The position numbers were made by a program, and so were the translations under genes. A DNA stretch of 64,000 nucleotides from an uncultured delta proteobacterium (lineage in GTDB: Bacteria > Desulfobacterota > BSN033 > UBA1163). The stretch spans positions 32,001-96,000 of the forward strand of contig CAWHBU010000002.1 in the NCBI GenBank assembly GCA_963827685.1, read 5' to 3'. Under the pieces are notes generated by a model. It was not told the DNA's origin. It worked only from the letters and a program-made list of their open reading frames with translations, and ran no database searches. The number at the start of each line of letters is the position of its first letter. The stretch's first letter is position 1. Of the stretch, positions 38,420 to 48,299 are shown piece by piece.

Positions 38420-40107
38420 GATGAAAAAAGAGACGGATATTAAGAAATTAACGGAAGGAAAGGAAAAGTGGGAGAGAGAGGTGGTGGACAGAGAAATAAA
38501 GAACACTGGAGAAAGAAGAACTACTTTTGAAACGACATCAGGAATTCCTGTTGAGCGAATATATACACCAATTGATCTGGAAAAAAGGCGTTTTGAATAC
38601 CTAAGAGACTTGAATTTTCCGGGAAGCTACCCTTACACAAGAGGAAAGACATCAACAATGTACCGTAGCAATTTATGGGTTTTTGGACAATATGCAGGAT
38701 TAGGGAGAGCGGAAGAAGCCAATAAGCGATATAAGTACTTAATTTCTAAAGGGTATACAGGTTTATCAGTGGCTTTGGATCTTCCAACTCAAGTTGGTCT
38801 TGACTCAGACCATGACTTAGCTCATGGAGAGGTCGGAAGAGCAGGCGTTGCGATTGATTCATTGAAAGATATTGAAGACTTGTTTGATGGCATCCCTTTA
38901 GATAGACCTAGACAAGTGAGCACAACTGCCAACTCAATTGGGCCTATATGGGTTGCACTTATTTTGTCACTAGGAGAGAAGCAGGGAATAAGCCCTGGAC
39001 AATATAACTTGCGTCTTCAAAACGATTGCTTGAAGGAATATATTGCTAGAGGAACTTATATATTTCCACCTCTTCCTTCCTTAAAGTTTTCTTGTGATGT
39101 GATCGAATATTTTGCAAAGAATCATCCAACTTGGTTTCCTATATCCGTTTCTGGATATCATATAAGGGAAGCCGGAGCTTCCGCAGTACAAGAAATCGCT
39201 TTTACCATGGCCAATGCCATAGCATATATTGACGAAACGATTAGGAGAGGAATCCCTTTCACAAAATTTGGACCTCAACTCTGCGTTTTCCTCTCTTCTG
39301 GTATGGATCTTTTTGAGGAGGTTTCGAAATTTAGAGCTATGAGAAGAATTTGGGCTCGGATATTAAAGGAGAGGTTCAAGATTGAAGATGCAAGATCACT
39401 TGCTCTTAATCTAATTAATTTTACGACTGGTTCAACGCTAACCTCACAACAACCATATAATAATCTTGTTAGGGTAACCATTGAAGCTCTGGCTTCAGTA
39501 CTGGGGGGATGCCAGTCTTTAATGCCTTCATCGATAGATGAGGCATTTTGCACTCCGACCGAGAAATCTGTGACGCTTTCTTTAAGGACGCAGCAGATTC
39601 TAGCATTTCGAAAGTAATATTACCAATACAATTGACCCTCTTGGAGGTGCTTATTATATCGAAAGTCTGACCTCAGAAATAGAAGAAAGAGTAATGGAAT
39701 ACATGAAGAGAATTGATAGTATCGGTGGGCCGATAGTCGCCATCGAAAGTGGTTTTTTTCAAAAAGAAATTTCTGAATTTGCTTATAAACTGCAGAGAGA
39801 AGTAGAGACGGGCGAAAAAATTGTCGTTGGCCTAAACAAATTTGTAATTGATGAAGATATAGACTTGCAGATCATGAAATTTGATTCCCAGGGAGAAAAA
39901 AGACAAATTGACAAACTGAGAACACTGCGGGAAATCCGAAATAACAAAAAGGTGAATGCGGCCTTGTCTGAATTAAAGATTCAGGCAAAAAAGAATAACA
40001 ATTTAGTACCGGCCATTATAGAAGCGGCAAAATGTTATGCCACGGTCGGGGAAATTTGTGACGTTCTTCGTAGTATCTATGGAGAATATCGTGAAAATCT
40101 TTATTAG
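38420..40107 (+). pseudogene. B12-dependent mutase large subunit, divergent, copy 2, with one frameshift at ~39606
   Basis: Removing one T from GCATTTCGAAAGT restores QQILAFESNITNTIDPLGGAYYIE and joins ORF 38409-39617 to ORF 39694-40107. Confidence 0.88.
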
Positions 40108-40436
40108 AGTTAAACGCCTAAGATTTAGAAACTAGCAAGAACGATTCGGCCCATCCTTCTTTATAATACTTTATCGGCAACTCAGAGAATTCTTCATTTA
40201 TTTGGAGGTGCCATTTTACTTCGGTCCCGCAGAGTAGGGCTGCCAAGCCAAGATGCTAAATGGAAAATATATTTGCTATATTTGACGCGGCAATAAAATA
40301 TCGAACATATCCTCTTGAAATGCCAAGCTAAGCAGCTTGCAGGCTCAGAAGAAATAGATCGAAAATTGCAACTGCCTCTTTTTCCAATTCCATTAAATAC
40401 ATCTCTGAATGTTAACAAGGATAGAGGAGGTGTAAA

Positions 40437-40580
40437 ATGAAGGTTGTTGGAAAATTGCTTCGAGAAGAAGATCGGTTCCTGAAGCGATTGTGCGTGTTCT
40501 CAAGGAAATAGGCATTGACATGGTTTTTGGCATACCTGGTGGCAACACCAAGTACCTCTTAATGTCCTCCTTGATTATGT
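40437..40580 (+). pseudogene. Truncated, frameshifted TPP-dependent enzyme (acetolactate-synthase-like N-terminus)
   Basis: GGAGG RBS; MKVVGKLLREED then shifted frame VPEAIVRVLKEIGIDMVFGIPGGNT; no continuation. Confidence 0.75.
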
Positions 40581-41735
40581 GCGAAAGTTAAAATTTGACT
40601 TTGCAGACACTGTCAAGTGTGATGGTGACTCCTTCCTCCTACCATCAATTCATAGTATAAATCTCTGTGGATGAAAGATTATTGATGAGTCATGGAAAGG
40701 CAGGAGGGCTTACTTCTTCCTGGATCCTAGAATCCTTATTTCAGTCTGTCCCCTGCCTCCCAAGCCATGATAAGTTGATTGGATCATAGAATCCTTGTCA
40801 CGATGGAGGATTGGTCGGGAGGCAATTCCTGCTTTGCGCCTGCCAACCTCTTTTCAAGTCCTTTTCTGCGAAAAGCTTCTTGCCATCTAGAAAGATTTCT
40901 ATGGAGTCCTTTATAGGAGGTCCTTTTAAGGAAAATAATTTTACTTCATTTGAATTGAACACTTTTAATCCACAAAAGATGTTGAATGCCTGTGGAAGTA
41001 GGTTTTCTTTCCTTTTGTAGAAGTCCTCTCCACCATTTTGCCTAATGAATTAGCACGTCTAAAACCTTGAATCCAACAATCTTCATCATCTAATACTAAT
41101 CAAATCCTTCTAAAAAATTTAACCAGGTCCCAAGCCGTGTACTCACAAATATTTTTAAGAGAAGGTTTATACGTACACGCAAGGCGAAGAGATGCCCTTT
41201 ATAGGTGTATTCGCCAACCAATCAAACAATAACCGGTAATCCATCAAGGCCGGGATCAAGGTATTAAAAGCAGGGTTATTTCTCCGCTCAACTGCGGCCA
41301 ATAACTACCTTAGCCTCGACCAGAACAATTTTCAGTAGAGCTCTTCCGGGAGAATTTCGTCACGCATGCAAAGAATCCTCTCCATGGGTTTCTTTCGCGG
41401 TCTGTCGAGACTTTGCTCTCGAAAACAGTTGAAGGAGTTGCCTAAACATGCTAAATAAATTATTCATCGATGGCCCCTTTTTATTTGTGACGGGATTCTG
41501 GAAAGAAATCTTTCCACCACGGTATTATTCGGGGACGTTTTTTCTTCAAAACTAATTTGGACAAGGGTGTCACACCGTAGGTCTTTGAGTGCCTGGTTTC
41601 GTCCAGAATAATTTGTAATTGGAAACCGTATGCTCGCCTGCGTAGCTTAATCGGGGTGTTCTACTAAGCCTAACAGATGAGATCATTATACAGATTGTTG
41701 GGTAAGAGATCTATTTTATTAGTAAAAATGATGGT

Positions 41736-42647
41736 ATGATTATAAAAGAAGGCAAAGATTACCTAGACCTCAAGGCCATTCTGGTTATGCTCGTTCTGAC
41801 CGGCCTCTGGGGGTTTAACTACGTCGCTGTTAAATACTCGAACGAGGGATTGGCACCCATCTTCACCTCGGCATTGCGGTCAATCATCGCATCAATCTGC
41901 GGGATCATATATTGCGTTAGCAAAAAAGAGAAGCTCTTCCACACCGACATTAGGCTCTTTCATGGGTTTATGGTCGGTCTCCTCTTTGCCTTGGAGTTTG
42001 CTTGCATTTACGTTGGCCTACTCCACACAGATGCAGCGCGCTCAATAATTTTCGTTAATACGAGTCCGTTCATTGTCGCGTTGGGTGCACACTTCCTCTT
42101 GAAAGGGGATCGGCTGACAGTGAATAAGATAGTGGGCCTCGTTCTCGCTTTTGCAGGTGTCCTCATCGTTTTTGGAGGGAGGCCCGCGGCGGCCAAGCCA
42201 TCGATGTTCCTGGGCGACGTTTTAGAACTCCTTGCCGCTTTTTTCTGGGGGGCGACAACGCTATACATAAAGCGGTTCCTGGCAGAGGAAGTAAAGCCCA
42301 TCCATACCTTCCTTTATCAACTTGTCTTTTCCGCGCCTATTCTTTTTGCACTAAGCCTTTTTATTGAACCGTGTTGGATTCGGGAAATAAATCGAGTTGT
42401 TCTATACTCCCTTTTCTACCAGTCCGTGATCTCAGGTTTCTTCAGTCTCCTCATCTGGTTTCAACTCATTCACCAATATCCAGTAGGTCGACTCTCGGCA
42501 TTCACTTTCTTCGGCCCGATCTTCGGCGTGCTCTTCGGTACGGTCTTTCTCGGAGAAGAATTTACCTTTTCTCTAATCATTGGACTCCCGATGGTTTGCT
42601 TAGGAATCTTTCTCGTGAACTGGAGAAAATCAACCTCTTTATTGTAA
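41736..42647 (+). CDS. DMT/EamA-family transporter
   Basis: LWGFNY, ~10 hydrophobic segments, two EamA repeats, PIFGVLFG..FLGE. Confidence 0.9.
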   Translation: MIIKEGKDYLDLKAILVMLVLTGLWGFNYVAVKYSNEGLAPIFTSALRSIIASICGIIYCVSKKEKLFHTDIRLFHGFMVGLLFALEFACIYVGLLHTDAARSIIFVNTSPFIVALGAHFLLKGDRLTVNKIVGLVLAFAGVLIVFGGRPAAAKPSMFLGDVLELLAAFFWGATTLYIKRFLAEEVKPIHTFLYQLVFSAPILFALSLFIEPCWIREINRVVLYSLFYQSVISGFFSLLIWFQLIHQYPVGRLSAFTFFGPIFGVLFGTVFLGEEFTFSLIIGLPMVCLGIFLVNWRKSTSLL

Positions 42648-42918
42648 AAGTCTCGTGAATTCGCACTGGGAGAGGAAGTGGAATTAGGACATTAAATTCT
42701 TATGGCTCAAGTTAGCTCTTGAAAACGAATAGGCCTCGAATATTTTTTTTATATTGCCACAAAGTTTCCAGATATCGCTTCTGTTTACCTCCTGACGTAC
42801 AATTTCTAAGGGGCGAAATTTTCCTTAACTAATTGATTTTTATTTTTAAAAGATGTATAAGAAATTTGTAGAGAAATGGCAACAAAACCATTTTGAATAC
42901 AGAAAGGGAGGGAAAAGT

Positions 42919-43143
42919 ATGGAGAACTGCTTCGGAGCATTAAAAAGCGTTTTGTTGATCTATCCACAATTGTATCCCGGATATTTAATGCCCGAAGAGA
43001 AGCAAGGCATGGAAACGCTTGGAATTGGTGTAAGTGCCGGTTGGATTTTATTATTTATCTGCATTTCCATTTTCGTGTTGGTTATGTTCTTTTTTGGAGA
43101 GATTCGCGGTTCCTTGAAGAGAAAGGGACGGACCATTAAATAG
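42919..43143 (+). CDS. Small hypothetical membrane protein
   Basis: GGAGG RBS before MENCF; one hydrophobic segment followed by a basic tail. Confidence 0.45.
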   Translation: MENCFGALKSVLLIYPQLYPGYLMPEEKQGMETLGIGVSAGWILLFICISIFVLVMFFFGEIRGSLKRKGRTIK

Positions 43144-43453
43144 AAAAAATATCCAAGAAAATTGGTCTAAGAAAAGTAAGGAGACCTGCCAAGCGTATTT
43201 TTTTTATCCCTTACCATTTCTCCTCTTCTACTCCTTATATCTTCTTCTCTTATCTTTTATGGGCAAAAACTAATCCAACAAAAAAGTTGAAGTTAAAAGA
43301 TTTATTCTAAATCCATAAGGAGAGAGAAGAAAAATGGTACAAGAAAAAACCGACCCATAGGGAAGGTTTTTTGATTTAAGTCCTTTATATTTATTATTAT
43401 ATATTGTTGTTTTAGGATCTTGAATGATTTGATAAGGTTATATCGGTTTTTGT

Positions 43454-43512
43454 TTTACAGACCTCCAATCTTTCTTTACGGACCCTCAATCTATTTTTAC
43501 GGACCCTCAATC
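43454..43512. repeat. Three 17-bp direct repeats at 21-bp period (iteron-like, putative origin)
   Basis: TTTACAGACCTCCAATC (43454), TTTACGGACCCTCAATC (43475, 43496); AT-rich tract at ~43380-43450. Confidence 0.75.
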
Positions 43513-43517
43513 CCTTG

Positions 43518-44699
43518 CTAAGTCTCAGAAGATTCTACTATCTCTTTGGATCTGAGTTTACTTTTATCGCGTAGAAATATTTTGTATTTTCCCCCCGATA
43601 GACCCACCTTCTTCTCATATGACAAAATCAGTCTATTCTTTTGTAGGGGCTTTAAAGAGTTTCCCTCAATAGTGGTCATCAAGTTTGTTCTGTTCTTATC
43701 CTGAAGATTCAAATTGGCCGCAATGGTATCGAGACTAAGCTCAATGGAGGCATAATTGTGATGAAGAAGGAATCGTCTGTAAAACATTTGAGCAGATTGA
43801 GGGAGATCGTAAAGGCTGTTGTCCACCCAGTCATATCCTTTTGTCAGAAGGTTATGGACGAAAAGTTCTCCAAGGATCGTATTGAAAAAAATGAAGTAAG
43901 TCCTGTTTTGGACGATTCCATCATTTCTTTCTGTTTCCCTGTAACCCATTTCAAAGAACCTGCTAAATAGGTTCATACAATACCATTTCTCTTTTATTCC
44001 ACTTTTCCCCTCTTCCCGCATTCGGACAGGGAAAGCTATCCTAAATTCTACCCTCGAAGTTTCGAGCAGGAGATTGAGGATCTCATTGGAATGCATCTTA
44101 TTCTTTCCCGTAAACTTCCGAAAATAACGGTCATCGAATTTTACGCAATATCTGTGACTTTTCAGAGCTTCCTCAAGCAGAAATTCGTCTCCTTCTTCCT
44201 TACCTTCTCGGTTTAACTCCATCTCGCGTGCTTTGATGCTCTCAAAGTTATCAAAGACATTAAATTTCTCTTCGGGAAGTTGGTCACCTCCTTCTTTTAA
44301 TAAGAAGAAGTAACCCAGCACATCCATGACCATATCGTTTCTGGCATCCCAGTAGCCGTTAATGGAGCAAACGTGTTTCGTTTTTTCTGACATCCATTCA
44401 AAGGGAAATTGAATCTCACTGCCTCCTTTTTTGACAACGGGAACAATGGATTTATTAATGCCTCTTTCGGAGATATTGAGCCAGCTTCCTTTCTTAGATA
44501 ATTTCGCAATGGTCTGGGAGATAGAGTTCATAAGACGGATATACATGGCATCTTCCAACAAAAGATCCTTAAGCCCCTTAAGTGATTCGTGTTTCATTTC
44601 GAGATCTTTTAGGTCTGCGTTCTGATACTTGGGAAACGGAATGCCCAAATACTCTGTCCGAATCTTCCAATAAATTTCCTTTGCTTCTTGCTTTGTCAT
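43518..44699 (-). CDS. Putative plasmid-type replication initiator (winged-helix Rep-like)
   Basis: Overlaps the primase-helicase stop; LYDLPQSAQMFYRRF...LDTIAANLNL...LKPLQKNRLI pattern; iteron-like repeats just downstream. Family is inferred. Confidence 0.55.
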   Translation of the reverse strand: MTKQEAKEIYWKIRTEYLGIPFPKYQNADLKDLEMKHESLKGLKDLLLEDAMYIRLMNSISQTIAKLSKKGSWLNISERGINKSIVPVVKKGGSEIQFPFEWMSEKTKHVCSINGYWDARNDMVMDVLGYFFLLKEGGDQLPEEKFNVFDNFESIKAREMELNREGKEEGDEFLLEEALKSHRYCVKFDDRYFRKFTGKNKMHSNEILNLLLETSRVEFRIAFPVRMREEGKSGIKEKWYCMNLFSRFFEMGYRETERNDGIVQNRTYFIFFNTILGELFVHNLLTKGYDWVDNSLYDLPQSAQMFYRRFLLHHNYASIELSLDTIAANLNLQDKNRTNLMTTIEGNSLKPLQKNRLILSYEKKVGLSGGKYKIFLRDKSKLRSKEIVESSET

Positions 44700-46588
44700 G
44701 GTTTCCCCTGTCCAAATATTGAAGTTTTCTTGACAGTTTTATTAGTCGGGCGATCTGTCACCACCATGTACTCCTTGTCTACTCTTAAAGGGATCTTGCC
44801 AGTGAAACCGGTCCCTCTCTTTGCCTTAAAAATTATGAGGTCTATGATTCCATCGTGGTGAATTATATTTTCCCAATCTTGCTTAAGTTGATATCCTCCT
44901 TCGGTCTCCTCAACCGGGGCAAGAATGCCCAACCAACTTGCTTCGTATTCAATCATCCCGGTTTCCTTGAACGACCCCATGCCCAGTTTTTGACCAAATT
45001 TATATGAGTCTCTTGCAAGCTCAGAAATGGCAACAATAGGAATATTTTGAGACTTGGCAAGGTTCGTCAGGTTAGAGACAATGTCATCGATTCGAAGTCT
45101 TTCATCCTGAAACTTCCTCTTTGTCCTGAGCTTACGAAGATAATCAACGATGATGACAGGTGGCCGATTATTCTTCTTTTTTATTTGCCCAACAAGATCA
45201 TCCCATTCTTCCACGGGTAATATCTCTTCAATAATATATTTCAAATCCATGACCTTCCTTATATGAGGGGCATTGCAGAGCTCCCTGATCTTCGGTTGTG
45301 ATTTCAGGTTGAAAGTCTGGATTCGCAATTCACCTAACCTTGCTAAAGTTCTGTATCGTAATTCAGTTCGGCCATCATCATAGCTAAAGAAGAGAACCGG
45401 GGTACCATTCAGGCAAATGTTATCTGCCATGTTATTCGCCAAAACCGTTTTTCCTGAAGAAGGAATACCTCCAAGAACATAGAGTCTTCCCCCGATCAAT
45501 CCACCATTCATTCTCTTTTCGAGGATAGCCAGGTTTGTCCCGGCGAATGGGATGCGCACGTAATTTTCTTCATATTCTTTAATTAGCAGTTGAGGATTAT
45601 CAAGGAGGCTGTCAATCTCAATAATGCTCCTATGGTCATTCTTCGATTCCATGACTTTGACAGATTCAAAGGTTTTTCTGAGTTCATTAAGATCAATAGG
45701 AGGTTTATTTTTCAGGTTCCAGGTAATGATAAGTTCCCAGGCCTCTGATTCATCTATTCCCTTTTTCAAGAAGTGTCCAATCAACCGGGTTGCAGTCTGA
45801 TTCCTTTCTCCCTCGCTACATCCACTTCTAATGACTTCCACCCACATGTCTTGAGGTTGTCTTTTTTCGGATTCATTCCTTTCATTCCTAGAAGCAGCTT
45901 TGGGTTCTTTGTCTTTCTTGTTCTCAGACGATTGGTTACTGATCCCTCTAAGATATTCGAGCATCCATCCGGTACATTCAGTCGGCTCAAGATCAAATAT
46001 TGAAGCTCCTTCTTCCCATTGATATTGACCTCCAGATCCATGAATTGAAGGAGGAGCAACCACATAACCACCATCGGCTCTTATATCTATCGTTAATTCT
46101 TTCTTTACTTGATTTCCAATATGCCCAATTCCTGGGTACTTCATAAAAATGTGCGACCCTTTTCCGGTTTTTGAGCGAGGGGTCTTCGGGAATCCTCCTC
46201 TTTCGGTTGCGTACTCCATAGCCTTTTGGGAATCGAGATCAAACACAACGAGGTTAGATATCTTGCCGGTAATGATCGCTATGTTAGCAAAGGGATTCTC
46301 GGTAAACCACTGTGTGACCTCTTCAACGGTGGGTAATCTCGCTTGGTATTCTTTCCAGGTGTAAAGCACAGGACTCTTGCAGAGGTCAATAAAGAGTTTC
46401 TTATAAACTTCGTCATTCGAGAGCGGAATCTCCTTCTCAGAATTTTCTTGGAACTTCTTTTCTAACTTGCCTTTGAAGCGCTCTGGATTATTCCTAATCA
46501 TTTCTGGACTCCACAGTGGCATCACAGAAACTCCTCTTTTTAAATAGGCTAAAGCGATTTCAAGATTATTCATAATGTGTACCTCCAT
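44696..46588 (-). CDS. Prim-Pol primase + PriCT + SF4 (DnaB-like) helicase fusion
   Basis: ANIAIITG, VVFDLDS, TGKGSH, DIRADGGYVVAPPSIH; EGERN; Walker A GIPSSGKT, IIVDYL, ISELAR, KAKRG. Confidence 0.92.
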   Translation of the reverse strand: MEVHIMNNLEIALAYLKRGVSVMPLWSPEMIRNNPERFKGKLEKKFQENSEKEIPLSNDEVYKKLFIDLCKSPVLYTWKEYQARLPTVEEVTQWFTENPFANIAIITGKISNLVVFDLDSQKAMEYATERGGFPKTPRSKTGKGSHIFMKYPGIGHIGNQVKKELTIDIRADGGYVVAPPSIHGSGGQYQWEEGASIFDLEPTECTGWMLEYLRGISNQSSENKKDKEPKAASRNERNESEKRQPQDMWVEVIRSGCSEGERNQTATRLIGHFLKKGIDESEAWELIITWNLKNKPPIDLNELRKTFESVKVMESKNDHRSIIEIDSLLDNPQLLIKEYEENYVRIPFAGTNLAILEKRMNGGLIGGRLYVLGGIPSSGKTVLANNMADNICLNGTPVLFFSYDDGRTELRYRTLARLGELRIQTFNLKSQPKIRELCNAPHIRKVMDLKYIIEEILPVEEWDDLVGQIKKKNNRPPVIIVDYLRKLRTKRKFQDERLRIDDIVSNLTNLAKSQNIPIVAISELARDSYKFGQKLGMGSFKETGMIEYEASWLGILAPVEETEGGYQLKQDWENIIHHDGIIDLIIFKAKRGTGFTGKIPLRVDKEYMVVTDRPTNKTVKKTSIFGQGKP

Positions 46589-46603
46589 TAACCGATTCCC
46601 TTT

Positions 46604-46930
46604 TTAGTAAATGTCGAAACCGCCAGAGTCCCGGCAAAACTCGAGAAACTTTTTGACATTCTCTTTAGTAAAATGTACGTGCATGTTGACAATCGAAAGC
46701 TCAATTCTAAATCGCTCTACAACCCCTTGGTCGATCAAAGCCTCAAGTCTGTCCGCAATTGCATTTGCTGTTTCACTACTGATTATTTTCCCGTAATTTG
46801 AATGCCACCCTTGTCTTTCATCTTCCTTGATCACGTCCCCACACATGTCAAAAAGAAAATCTGTAAGCAGTCGCCACGAACGCGTGTTGAGGTGAAAGTG
46901 GTTTTCGTTCACTCCTTCAAGGGCGGGCAT
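46604..46930 (-). CDS. Hypothetical phage/MGE-type protein
   Basis: GGAGG RBS; W..L...C, ENVKKFLEFCRDSGGFDIY C-terminus. Confidence 0.65.
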   Translation of the reverse strand: MPALEGVNENHFHLNTRSWRLLTDFLFDMCGDVIKEDERQGWHSNYGKIISSETANAIADRLEALIDQGVVERFRIELSIVNMHVHFTKENVKKFLEFCRDSGGFDIY

Positions 46931-47664
46931 ATTTTTTGTGCCTCCTGTTGGCAATTTGGATCTTTAATTGGCTCTTGTTCCAGCAAGTTGCAAATGCCTT
47001 TTGTAGTCCTTGGGTACTCCTGTATTTCCTTTGGCCAGTGAAGATTTCCTTTGAGGAATAAAGGAATTCCTTCGGCCCCAGCATTTTCAATAATTGAAAC
47101 GATCCATTCACTCTCGGGCCTAATTTTTCCTTTCCTGTTCCCGGTCTCCGCTCCGACAATTAGCCAGTCAATTCCCTCTTTAGAAAACCAGAAATCTATT
47201 TTTTCATGGATAGGTTCAATGGAGACAAACTTGATATTGGGGTTCTTTAAATTGGCTAAAGTATGGACTCGGTGACAATCCCTAGTAGTCGAGATAGATG
47301 TGCCTAGCCAGACATTTTCTGAGTATTCGAATTTGACATAACCCTCCGGCCTTTTTGAGAGCACCTGAAACGTATGCTGGGAGCACTCTCTCATTTTCTC
47401 TATAATCTTTCTTACCCATTCATCTTCAACTCCTTCACCGTTCCAATCTGCCATCGAATCCATAAATATCCTTGCTGGCTTCTGGGTGGGTTTCAAATAA
47501 TTCAGTCTCTCAAGGTGAGCATGCGGGACGAATTGATAGCACAGGTTGCATCTATGTTGTTGCCTTTTGGCCTGTCTCCTAGCATAACAAAAGCTGCACT
47601 TGTGGGGACATCCTACAATGGGATTCAGGGTGTAATCACACCATTCTATTTTCGTCGCATTCAT
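46909..47664 (-). CDS. DUF5131 (Gp37/Gp68-like) radical SAM protein
   Basis: TKIEWCDYTLNPIVGCPHKCSFCYA, HTFQVLSKRP, NVWLGTS, FVSIEP, WLIVGAETG. Confidence 0.92.
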   Translation of the reverse strand: MNATKIEWCDYTLNPIVGCPHKCSFCYARRQAKRQQHRCNLCYQFVPHAHLERLNYLKPTQKPARIFMDSMADWNGEGVEDEWVRKIIEKMRECSQHTFQVLSKRPEGYVKFEYSENVWLGTSISTTRDCHRVHTLANLKNPNIKFVSIEPIHEKIDFWFSKEGIDWLIVGAETGNRKGKIRPESEWIVSIIENAGAEGIPLFLKGNLHWPKEIQEYPRTTKGICNLLEQEPIKDPNCQQEAQKICPPLKE

Positions 47665-47924
47665 CTTTGGTTTCCTCCTACGTTCTCATTGGGACTTACC
47701 TCTTTGATTTTTTTAGCTTTTAATAAAGCACCGTCATTTCCATCCTTGCTCTGCTCCTGGTTTAAACTGTCTACGTATTCACAGATGATTTCTCGACATA
47801 TTGTAGCAACTCGTGTCTGATCGGTCGGGTTTTTTAGAATACGATTCGCTACCATCCTGGCCAAACAGGCATAATGAATCACCGGAAGAGAAACAAGTAC
47901 GGTGTGTTTTGGGTCCTCGGGCAT
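47661..47924 (-). CDS. Small hypothetical protein (possible DNA-binding protein)
   Basis: AGGAGG RBS; stop overlaps DUF5131 start. Confidence 0.65.
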   Translation of the reverse strand: MPEDPKHTVLVSLPVIHYACLARMVANRILKNPTDQTRVATICREIICEYVDSLNQEQSKDGNDGALLKAKKIKEVSPNENVGGNQR

Positions 47925-48116
47925 ATAAACACCTCCTATTGTAATTTATATATATGTTCGGTATTCATATGAAGATTAGAAAATAGAATCATTCTGACTT
48001 CGGAATCCGTGTCTGGTCGCAATCAAATAATCAAGATGCGTTATTATCCGTGTGAGCGACTTGGACATGTCAACATTATGAATGAGTTCAAACATTTCAG
48101 TAATAGATTAGGTATG

Positions 48117-48154
48117 AAAGAAAAAGGGCCGATTCAAGGTGAGAATTGGCCCTT
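48117..48154 (-). terminator. Probable intrinsic terminator downstream of the clamp-like gene
   Basis: AAGGGCCGATTC / GAATTGGCCCTT stem with a T-run on the minus strand. Confidence 0.55.
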
Positions 48155-48299
48155 ACACAACTGGCTTAAGGCATTGCAAGGAATTTGTTGACTTCAGTAT
48201 ATCGATCCCGTAACATTCACTCCCGATCGGAAAAGTACGGGAACCACCGATATTACAGTCGCCCTAATTATTCCGTAGATAATAATGTTCGTGTTAAGG

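Noticed and set aside
43454-43512. Direct repeats as a mini CRISPR array
   Set aside because: Spacers are only 4 bp and no cas genes are present; iterons fit better. No CRISPR array was seen anywhere in the window.
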